From positions 558,001-622,000 of the forward strand of contig OZ251230.1 of NCBI GenBank assembly GCA_965240325.2: a DNA stretch of 64,000 bases, read 5' to 3'. Numbering within the stretch: the first letter of the stretch is position 1; the number at the start of each line of letters is the position of its first letter. The notes beneath the pieces are model-generated. The model searched no databases, was not told where the DNA came from, and was given only the letters and a program-made list of their open reading frames with translations. Shown here piece after piece: positions 48,271-57,558 of this stretch. Position numbers and translations under genes: made by a program. This DNA comes from Rebecca billardiae RCC1528 (Eukaryota; Protista; Haptophyta).

Positions 48271-49056
48271 TCAGCCGCTGGGCCCTGGCGGGTGATCCGG
48301 CGGTGATGTAGTCGTCCCCGTGTGCCCTGCGCGGCCGCGTGCGCGCTTGCCGCTCTGCTCAGCTGGCTTGCTGGCGGCGGCTGGCGCTGCTGCGGCGTGC
48401 AGGGTACGCTTTGCCCCCGACTGCTGCGCATCCTCGTCGTCCGAGTCGTCGTCCATGGACGAGTCTCGGTCCGCGTGGGGGACAGCAGCTGGAGCAGGCG
48501 CAGGTGCTGCGGGCAGAGAGGCCGCCAGCCGCGCCGCCTTGCGCTCCTGGCGTTTCTCGACGGCGCGCCGCGACGAGGTGCGGCGGCTCGATGGAGATCG
48601 AATCCGCCTGCCTTGCGCGTCACGCCGAGGCCCGCGCTTCCCGCGCCGAGGCTTCTTCTTCCGCTTCTGAGAGTGCTGCTGCTCGCCGTTTGCAGCCTGC
48701 ACTCCAGTACCCGAGCCCTGCGCGGCGAGCGCGCGCGCCGGCGGAGCCGACTTGCGCGCTCGGCGCGGGGCGGGATGCAGGGGAGCTTTAGAAGGCGCGC
48801 CACCACCTCCCTCGCGCCGCTGGCTGCCACCAGCGGGGGTTCCCTGTGGAGAAGCATCAGGCCCTTGTGCATCAGGCGGACGCACAGACACCGTCAGACG
48901 GACACTCCCATCTGGCAGGAGGGAGATGTGCACCGCGCGCGGGAGGCCGTCGGCGGCGGTGAGCCTTGCTGCGTCACGCCAAAGGCGGACGTAGAGGCGC
49001 ACCCAACGATCCGACAGCCCCTCGGGCAGCAGCGCAGTCACGTCGAGGTCGTCCAT
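48271..49056 (-). CDS. hypothetical basic/disordered protein (261 aa)
   Basis: ATG-initiated ORF with a folded-looking N-terminus, a KRKKKPRRGKR basic cluster and an acidic patch; family not recognised. Confidence 0.45.
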   Translation of the reverse strand: MDDLDVTALLPEGLSDRWVRLYVRLWRDAARLTAADGLPRAVHISLLPDGSVRLTVSVRPPDAQGPDASPQGTPAGGSQRREGGGGAPSKAPLHPAPRRARKSAPPARALAAQGSGTGVQAANGEQQHSQKRKKKPRRGKRGPRRDAQGRRIRSPSSRRTSSRRAVEKRQERKAARLAASLPAAPAPAPAAVPHADRDSSMDDDSDDEDAQQSGAKRTLHAAAAPAAASKPAEQSGKRARGRAGHTGTTTSPPDHPPGPSG

Positions 49057-49182
49057 GCGAGCGTCGCCATGTACACGTGGACAGGGTATTCACACTGGCC
49101 AGGCGGTAAGAAAATGATTGGCGGAAATCCGGAATCCTCATCAGATCCCACCCGTTGGAAACGATGGCGGTGAAGGATCCTC

Positions 49183-50364
49183 ATGCAACACGGGCGGCGT
49201 GAAGCACGGGGCGTTGCACTCCTCGTGCTCGCCGCTGCCGCCCCGCGTCCAGTGGCGCTCAGCCCGTCTGTCTCTGACGACGTGGTGGCGTGCGCGTGCT
49301 TCTCCGTCTGCGGGATGTCGTCCGTCGACAATGGCACCGACGCGTGCTTTGACGCGACGCGGCTGTGCGAGCCGACCATCCCGCGCTTCACGCCGGCGCA
49401 TGGGCGGTATTCGCTCGCCGTCCTGGCACACAACACCGTCTACCGCGTCTCGGATATCCTCCGCCAGCGCGGCTCCCGTTGGCGCCTCGACGCCATCACG
49501 GTACTGTGCGAGCCGCGCTACCGATCGACGGCGCTGCGAGGCGCGCTGGTCGCGACCTCCAAACTCGACAGCCGACCGATGAGCCGCGTGCGCGATGACG
49601 TCCTCGAGGCGAAGCTGCGTCGGCGCTCGGAGTCGTCGATCAACCGCACCGAGCGCGTAGGCTACGCCAAGCTGCGCGATGAGGACGGCCCGAACGGCGT
49701 GTACCTCGGCCTCCCTGGCGATTCGATCCGTGCGTTCGCGAGCGAGCTCGGCGCGCTGCGCCGAGCGGGCGAGTGCCCCGCGGCCGGCGACGAGACGCTG
49801 GTCGTCGTGGTGCGCGCGGGCGACGCCCAGGAGAACGTCACGGCGCTGATCGAGCGCGTGGACGCCCACCTCTCCACGCTCCGCGCCGCCGGCGCTGCCG
49901 TCAAGCAGCTGCTCGTGTCCGCGGTCGCCATGTACGCCAACAACCCGCTGCAAGGCTTCCCGCACGTGCGCAAGCGCACGGCGTACAGGCACAGAGACTC
50001 GGGGGATCTGGCCTCCGCGAAGGCGGTAGACGAGGTGCTCGAGTACGCGCGGGAGCGCGGGCTGAAAGGGGGCGTGCGCTCCGTGCCAGACGCGGATGCC
50101 GACCTGTGCTTCTACGCGCACTCGTCGCACCTGGTCGCGGGCGCTCGCCACGGCTTTGCAGACTTTGTGCGCGCACTCCGCGCGCTGCTGCACGGCGCGC
50201 CTGCGGCCGACGAGGTGGCGACACTGCCCATCTTGCACGTCCCGCCGGGCGAGCTGCTTCCCAAGTCCCGCAGACGTAGGGAACGCAGGGGCTCAGTCAC
50301 TCAGCGCGAGCCGAAGCTGCGTCATTTGATGACATTGATGGCATCAAAGTCATCAAACCGGTGA
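49183..50364 (+). CDS. secreted/ER protein with fucosyltransferase-like (GT11/GT23-type) motifs
   Basis: Hydrophobic N-terminus; LVVVVRAGD (cf. HxRxGD) and [24 protein letters not shown] (cf. D..L....FS). Confidence 0.55.
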   Translation: MQHGRREARGVALLVLAAAAPRPVALSPSVSDDVVACACFSVCGMSSVDNGTDACFDATRLCEPTIPRFTPAHGRYSLAVLAHNTVYRVSDILRQRGSRWRLDAITVLCEPRYRSTALRGALVATSKLDSRPMSRVRDDVLEAKLRRRSESSINRTERVGYAKLRDEDGPNGVYLGLPGDSIRAFASELGALRRAGECPAAGDETLVVVVRAGDAQENVTALIERVDAHLSTLRAAGAAVKQLLVSAVAMYANNPLQGFPHVRKRTAYRHRDSGDLASAKAVDEVLEYARERGLKGGVRSVPDADADLCFYAHSSHLVAGARHGFADFVRALRALLHGAPAADEVATLPILHVPPGELLPKSRRRRERRGSVTQREPKLRHLMTLMASKSSNR

Positions 50365-50395
50365 GCCAGTCGACACGGGCGGTCCGTTAATAGTC

Positions 50396-50722
<327 letters not shown>

Positions 50723-50876
50723 GTACCGCGGTACAGGCTTCTGTCTCACGGAGTCCGTAGCGCTAAGCGCTGCAATGATGCGCTGCATGATGATGACCGC
50801 TTCGACGGAGCTATACTGTATATGCTGATGACTAACTGCTACACTACTCTGTAGCTTATTAGTACCGTCGATGAAT

Positions 50877-50938
50877 AGTTAAGCTGCTAGCCTTATACCG
50901 TTGTAAAAGTTAAGCTGCTAGCCTTATACCGTTGTAAA
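50877..50938. repeat. perfect 31-bp tandem duplication AGTTAAGCTGCTAGCCTTATACCGTTGTAAA
   Basis: Copies at 50877-50907 and 50908-50938. Confidence 0.95.
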
Positions 50939-51033
50939 GTTGAATCCCGGACCATGATGCTGAGTTGTTGAGTGTTGACTTGTTATTGCTGCACACATGT
51001 CCGATGTCACTTGGTTCAGGCAAAGGTCACAGG

Positions 51034-51489
51034 TCAGGTGTCGACGATCCCGAGAGTTGAGCTCCGGATGGCATCGCAGTCTTCCTCGGGGTGCTCACGA
51101 CAGTACTCATCGACGCGCGCCGCAAGGGAGAGAAACCAAAGGAGAAGGACGACCACGGATATCACGTATAGAAAGCTGGACATGCTGAGGAGTACCAAAT
51201 TCGCCAATAGCTTCGAAGTGATGTCGGGTGCATCCCTCGTGGCGCAACAAACCATGATGGACGCTGCAACCACGCCCAGGATGCCGGCAAGCCCTGGCAG
51301 CACGTCCCACGCAAAGGCCATGACGCTGAGAACGCTGAAAACGAGGATCGCGACATTCAGCGAGTACGCGATGTGGTGCTCGCGCGGCACACCCTGCTGC
51401 TCGATGCACATCGTGCAGGCCCAGCGCGGACGGCAGCAATCACCAAGCCGGAGCACTGGATTCTCTTCGAGAGAATGCGAGCGGTACAT
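51034..51489 (-). CDS. small multi-TM membrane protein, possibly truncated
   Basis: Three hydrophobic helices followed by a Cys loop (YCREHPEEDCD), then a stop before an expected fourth helix. Confidence 0.55.
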   Translation of the reverse strand: MYRSHSLEENPVLRLGDCCRPRWACTMCIEQQGVPREHHIAYSLNVAILVFSVLSVMAFAWDVLPGLAGILGVVAASIMVCCATRDAPDITSKLLANLVLLSMSSFLYVISVVVLLLWFLSLAARVDEYCREHPEEDCDAIRSSTLGIVDT

Positions 51490-51533
51490 ATCACCCACAT
51501 CCGGTAACGATCGAAAGTGAGCTATCTACTGAG

Positions 51534-52082
51534 TACAGTTTACTAAGAATAAGAGACGCACACAGCTCAGGCAGGCGAGATTACAGTAGACTCTACTCAT
51601 TCTATGATTTAAAGACACAGGCAGGGTCACTCACTGCACCATTATTGTTATTGTACAAATATACCGCACTAGCTACGATACGTACAAGTTCGTATGGCGA
51701 AGCATGCCTGGCGTCGGGGATGGTAGCCGGATGGTGGTGAGTCCGCCGGAGGCGGGTCGATTTATTTCTTTTCCCAATCTCGCCTGCCTGAGCTGTGTGC
51801 GTCTCTTATTCTTGTGCTGCAAACACGTCGCAGCCGCAAGTACCCTGGTGGCACAGTGGGCTGCAACCACTCGGGCCTCCACTTGGAGGTATCCCAACTG
51901 TCGACGACGTCGCCGATCTGGTGACTGCGTAGCAGTGGGCATAACATACTACATCGTCATATTACATTGGCATTGCCGATCATGCGGCGAACAAGGAACA
52001 AGGACCGCTTGTTCTTAGTAAACTGTATCTCGCCTGCCAAGTCAGAGCTGTGTGCGTCTCTTATTATTCTTAGTAAACTGTA
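51534..52082. repeat. dispersed 48-bp unit, copies 2-4 (51534-51587 inverted; 51776-51813; 52012-52082 variant)
   Basis: All match the unit at 11419-11476. Confidence 0.95.
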
Positions 52083-52546
52083 TCATTCTGACACTGACAG
52101 AGGTGCAAGGCCCGCGACATGCCCACTGGCGCAAGGTGCAGGCGGCATAGCGCGCGGCCACACTGGCCCTGCCTCGCCCGCACGCGCCTCGCGCGCTGGG
52201 CCGACCAGGTCGCGACGCACATGCGCAGTCACGGCTGAGATTGCCCCTGCTGCCGGGCGGTGCGGCGCTCGCGTGCGCGCTGGTCGCAGGCGCGGAGACG
52301 GCGACGACGAGCGAAGCGCGCGGGGCAGAGAGGAGGGCAGTGGCCTCCTACAGCAGCGCCGCCGGGCGCGCCGCCGTCGCGCGCACCTCAGCGCCCGCAG
52401 CGGCTCACGCCGTGCGCGCCACACCGCCCCTCCACGGCGGCGGCGGCGGCGAGTGCCGCTGCGCCGCGGGAAGCTTTTGGACCCAAGCTCCAGCTGCAGC
52501 CCAACTGGACGTGCTGTACCCTGACTCCCCTTGGTACACTGGGTAA

Positions 52547-54108
52547 TCACGGACGGCTCCACCTCGTGCGCGCGCGGCGCCGCCTCGCCCGCGTCGGTGC
52601 CGCACGGCGAGCCGCCCGAGAGCGTGCTGAGCGGCCAGACGCAGGCGTGCGCGCGCGGCGCGTGCGCGCGCAAAAGGTCCTGCAGCTGGCGCGCGCACTG
52701 CGCGAGCGCGGGCTTCGACGCCTGCCGATGACGCTGCGACATGCTCTTGGCGGAGCGGCCGTCGAACTGCATGAAGAGCACGGCGAGCGCGTCGTCCACC
52801 GGCAGGCACAGTTCGCTCGCGTGCTCGTCGAGCACGGCGAGCAGCCGCGCGCGGCCCTCGGCCCCGAGCGCGCGCTGCAGCGCCGCCGGCCACACGCGCG
52901 CCTCGCGCGGCGCGCCGCGTGCGCCCGGCGCGCTCGCCACCGAGTCGGTGGCGCGCGGCCGCTTGCCGGCGGCTGGGCGGCGAGGCCGCTCGACGCTCTT
53001 GGCCTGCAGACGCTCGAGCGCGTCGGCGCACTCGCCGCGCAGCAGGTTGTGCAGCGCCCAGCGATGCGAGCGGCACTGCTGGGCCTTGAAGTCGGCGAGG
53101 AGCGCGTGGCCGCCCGGCGGCGCGCCGACCACGCCCGTCTCCAACACCGCGAGGCTCTGCTCGAGCGAGAAGAGTTGCGACTGCGAGCGCGAGCTGATGA
53201 GCGCGCACACGCGCGCATGCGCCCCGGCACCGAGAACCTCCAGCAGCAACGTGGCCGGCGGCGGCGAGATGGCGCTCCCGTCAGCCTCCGTCTGCGTGGT
53301 GGATGGACCCCGCGTCGTCGAATCCGACCGCGTCAGGTGGGGCGCGCAACGGTCAGCGGCTGCGGCGCCATCGCGCGTGCTCGGGGCACGGTGCGCGTCG
53401 TTCCGCGTGGCAGCAGTCGCGCCCGAGGCGGATGGAGCAGCGCCGCCGCGTGCGCTCGAGGCGCGGTGTAAGTCCAGGCGCGTAGCGGCGGCGGGTGCGT
53501 GCTCCGCCAGCAGCGCGCGCAGGCGAGTGCGGTGCCTGTGGCACTGGTCCAGCGAGACATTGCTCAGCGCGGGATGCTGAGCGGTCGCGCCGTAGCTCAG
53601 CCCGCTCTCGAGCACGGCGAGGCTCTGCTCGGCCGAGAAGAGCGTGGACTCGGAGCGCGTCGTGATGACGCTGAGCACGTCAGCCAGCCCGTCCGCGCCC
53701 AGCACCTCGGCCAGCGATGCGCCGCCTCCGCGCACGCGCGCGCTGAGCTGGCTGCTGCCGTCCGCGTGCGCGCCGGGGCGCGCCGCCAAACTTGGCGCCA
53801 AGGGCCCGCCCTGCTCGCCAGCTCCGCACGGTCGCGCCGTGTCCGCCTCACTCGCCGCACGATCACGATGCGGCGCGCCGACGTGCGCGCACGGCACCGC
53901 GTACAGCACGTCCGCCGCCACGGGCGCTGGGCGGCCCACGCGCGAGGCGCAGCCTGCCGCAGAGCAGCAGCCCGAGGCTGCCCGCGAGGGCTGCCCGGCA
54001 GAGGTCGACGCGATGCGGTCGTGCGACGGCGGCAGCTGCGGCGGCGGCGTCGACGCGAGCTCGGCGCCGGCGATCGCACCCGGCGCGTACGCCATCGGCG
54101 TGTAGAAG
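52547..54108 (-). mobile_element. copy A: fragment of the 5' coding region of the Helitron2-like element
   Basis: Collinear with 62470-64000. Homology stops abruptly at 52547, abutting an unrelated plus-strand ORF. Confidence 0.9.
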
Positions 54109-57100
54109 AGCGCGCTGGCTCTCGGTCGTGATTGGAGGAGCTAGCCACCTAGCCGGTGCATGTAACGAAATCCCTTTATTATCGTGAAGGATCTCCACCG
54201 TGCAGAGATGTCCAAGGCGGACTTCATTAGCCCAAGACCGCCCAGTCGCTGGCGTACCTGGTTGAGTACGTTAATGAATAACTAAGCGCAAGCGCCGTCA
54301 CAGCAGCCGAGCGCGCCACGCCCGCCACTTCGGTGGCATGCGCATCCGTGTGCACGACGTCGGGGGCACAGCCGGGCGTGTAGCGCAGCTCGGGGAGCAT
54401 GTGCCGCGCGGGCTCGCTCGGCTCCTGCGCGCCGGCCAGCGCCTCGAGCAGCGCGCGCATCTGCGCAGAGCGCGCCACGGGCGCCTGCAGTGCCAGGGCC
54501 TGCGACCACTCGCGTCTCGCGCGCTGTTCGCGCCGCAGGCTTGCCGCGTCGGAGCGCTCGGCGTCGCCAAGGCCGGCGGCGGGGGCGGCGTGCTCGTTGC
54601 TGGACGGGGCGGGCGGCTCGCCCTCGGGGCTGGCCTCCTCTGCCTCGTCGAGCTCGACGTCGCCGCCGGCAGCCTCGGTGTCGAGAGCGCCGCTGCTGAC
54701 GTCGTCGGCATCGACGGGCGCTGAATCGACGTCGGCCGCGTCAGCGTCTGCGTCCGCGCGTGCAGTTTGGTCGTCCGCCGGGGCGGCGACGGCGGGTTGC
54801 GATGAGAGCGACTGATCGCTCTCGAGCGAGCTGCGCCCGTGCACGCCCTCTGCTGCCACCTCGTTCACGCGCGCACGGTGCAGCCCGACGAGCGCAGGCG
54901 CCAGCAGTGTCGGATACGCCCGCGTGAGCTCAGCGATGGCCGCCTCGGACCGGCGGCGAGGTGGACCGACGCCACGCAGAGGCACACGGGCGCGCAGGGC
55001 CGCGGCGAGGAACTCCCGTGCCTCCTGCTCGCCCACCATCGAGGCGAGTCGCGCAAATGACCCCGCACGGGCGCGCGAGGCGGCGGCCATCGTGTAATGA
55101 TGGTGCTGCTAGCACCGCAGGTCAGCAGCATTTTCGGAAAAGAAAATCCCCACCCCTTGCCCACCCGCAATTCTCATCCTGGCCGATACACACCCTTACC
55201 GCTCTGCGCATGGGGAACCCATGCTCGCAGAGCGGCCGGGGCGAATCTCAGGGGCCTGAGGCGGTCCCGGACGCGCGCCCCGCGGCCACACCTGAGGGTG
55301 CGGGCGGGCTCTTCGATCATGTTGGTGAGCTCTCCGCCATCGGGGCGCGCTTCATTGCGCCGCCTCGCCTCGCGTACGGCGTTCCCGTCGTGCTCGCACT
55401 GACAAGGCTGAGCAGAGCGTAGAGAGTGCCATCATGATTGCATTCGGTTCCAACTTGCTCGCCAGCCACTTCCAGCCAGGTGCGCGCGGCTTGGGAGTAG
55501 ACGATTAGTTCCGTGTGCCCGGGCTCGTCGTGACACCGGCATGCCGATCCCTCCCCAGCCGAGATGTCAGAGCGCGTGCGCACAGGCAGTCACAGGCAGT
55601 GCGCACTGGTAGCCAAGTGGACGCGTGTGAGCGACGACAAGCCACGACAAGAAAACGGCCGCATCCAACCTTCTCACATACCACTAGACCACCGCGCAGA
55701 ATGCGTCTGAGCCCGCCCATTCCCGCCCATAACGAGTTACAGCGGCTCGATTGTGAGGCGGGTGCAAAGGCGGCGGGTGAAAGCGAGCCCCGCGCGGGCG
55801 GCGAGAGAGACGCGCGTGCATAGACCTGATGCGGGAGTGCCCGAACAACGTGAAGGTGCGTCCATCTTCCAAGCGCGCGACCGGTCCGACACCGCGCCAC
55901 GCCAAACGAGCACCACGCGTGTCGCCCCCCAGCGCCGGCCACGCGTCCCGAGGCGCTGCCATGTTTCGTCACGGGCCCGATCTCTGAGGTTAGCCCCGGC
56001 CGCTCTGCGAGCGTGGTTCCACCACGCGCAGAGCGGCCGGGCACCGTGTGTATCGGCCAGATTCTCATCATTGCTTGGGGCGACCGCCGAGCAGCGCCGC
56101 GCGCTCGACGGCGTGCGCGCAGCAGTGGAGTTCGCGGACGGTGATGGGGCAGAAGGCGCACGACGCGAGGCGTGGGTCGCGAGCGTGCGCGCCGCGTGCT
56201 CGGCGTTGCGCGTGCCCGACGCTCGCACGCTCGTCTCCACCGACGACGTCGCGCTGCTCGACGTGGCGATGATGACCGTCGCGCGCGCTTGGCTGCTCCG
56301 ACACGGCCGCGCGCCGCCACCGCATCTGCTCGAGGCACCAGCCGCGGCTGAGCTGCGAGCGCTCTCCGCTGTCGCTCGCGCCTCGAAGGCGGAATCGGGC
56401 TGGCGAGACGTGGCGTTCGCCGTCGCTCACGCGCGGCTACGACGCCAGCGAGCCGCGCGCGCCATCCAACGGCGCGCACGCCCGCTCTGGCGCATCCGCG
56501 GCACCGCCGCTGGCGCGAGTGTGGAGTTGGGCCGGGCGCCGCGGCGCGTGGGCGCGGTGCGCGGTGCGCTCGGCATCGTCTGCATGGAGCGGCGGCGCGC
56601 GCGGCTGATGGCCGACGAGGAGATGCTCATGCCCGGTGGTGACTACTTCTACACGCCGATGGCGTACGCGCCGGGTGCGATCGCCGGCGCCGAGCTCGCG
56701 TCGACGCCGCCGCCGCAGCTGCCGCCGTCGCACGACCGCATCGCGTCGACCTCTGCCGGGCAGCCCTCGCGGGCAGCCTCGGGCTGCTGCTCTGCGGCAG
56801 GCTGCGCCTCGCGCGTGGGCCGCCCAGCGCCCGTGGCGGCGGACGTGCTGTACGCGGTGCCGTGCGCGCACGTCGGCGCGCCGCATCGTGATCGTGCGGC
56901 GAGTGAGGCGGACACGGCGCGACCGTGCGGAGCTGGCGAGCAGGGCGGGCCCTTGGCGCCAAGTTTGGCGGCGCGCCCCGGCGCGCACGCGGACGGCAGC
57001 AGCCAGCTCAGCGCGCGCGTGCGCGGAGGCGGCGCATCGCTGGCCGAGGTGCTGGGCGCGGACGGGCTGGCTGACGTGCTCAGCGTCATCACGACGCGCT

Positions 57101-57517
57101 CCGAGTCCACGCTCTTCTCGGCCGAGCAGAGCCTCGCCGTGCTCGAGAGCGGGCTGAGCTACGGCGCGACCGCTCAGCATCCCGCGCTGAGCAATGTCTC
57201 GCTGGACCAGTGCCACAGGCACCGCACTCGCCTGCGCGCGCTGCTGGCGGAGCACGCACCCGCCGCCGCTACGCGCCTGGACTTACACCGCGCCTCGAGC
57301 GCACGCGGCGGCGCTGCTCCATCCGCCTCGGGCGCGACTGCTGCCACGCGGAACGACGCGCACCGTGCCCCGAGCACGCGCGATGGCGCCGCAGCCGCTG
57401 ACCGTTGCGCGCCCCACCTGACGCGGTCGGATTCGACGACGCGGGGTCCATCCACCACGCAGACGGAGGCTGACGGGAGCGCCATCTCGCCGCCGCCGGC
57501 CACGTTGCTGCTGGAGG
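53237..57517. repeat. 872-bp inverted repeat (arms 53237-54108 and 56646-57517; spacer 2537 bp)
   Basis: Arm ends mapped by eye; equal lengths and identical translations. Confidence 0.93.
54227..55090 (-). CDS. hypothetical protein (287 aa) inside the inverted-repeat spacer
   Basis: ATG-initiated ORF with an acidic central region; family not recognised. Confidence 0.45.
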   Translation of the reverse strand: MAAASRARAGSFARLASMVGEQEAREFLAAALRARVPLRGVGPPRRRSEAAIAELTRAYPTLLAPALVGLHRARVNEVAAEGVHGRSSLESDQSLSSQPAVAAPADDQTARADADADAADVDSAPVDADDVSSGALDTEAAGGDVELDEAEEASPEGEPPAPSSNEHAAPAAGLGDAERSDAASLRREQRARREWSQALALQAPVARSAQMRALLEALAGAQEPSEPARHMLPELRYTPGCAPDVVHTDAHATEVAGVARSAAVTALALSYSLTYSTRYASDWAVLG

Positions 57518-57558
57518 GTACCCATCGCCGTGCGTGGTCGGCAGGCGGAAGTCGGTGA
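55753..57558 (+). pseudogene. copy B: N-terminal part of the Helitron2-like ORF, truncated at 57517
   Basis: Open frame runs into MAYAPGAIAG... 56646-57517 is the reverse complement of 53237-54108. An IQ-like AARAIQRRAR lies upstream of the shared part. Confidence 0.75.

Noticed and set aside
49100-49175. Hammerhead ribozyme (CTGATGA on the minus strand)
   Set aside because: No GAAA core follows the candidate stem II. The CTGATGAG near 45380 fails the same test.
51534-51813. MITE with 38-bp terminal inverted repeats
   Set aside because: The arms are unequal fragments of the 48-bp unit, which also occurs singly elsewhere; no target-site duplication seen.
57269-57517. C-terminal 80 aa of the 2242-aa ORF as a real domain
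   Set aside because: It is read-through into the antisense strand of inverted copy B.
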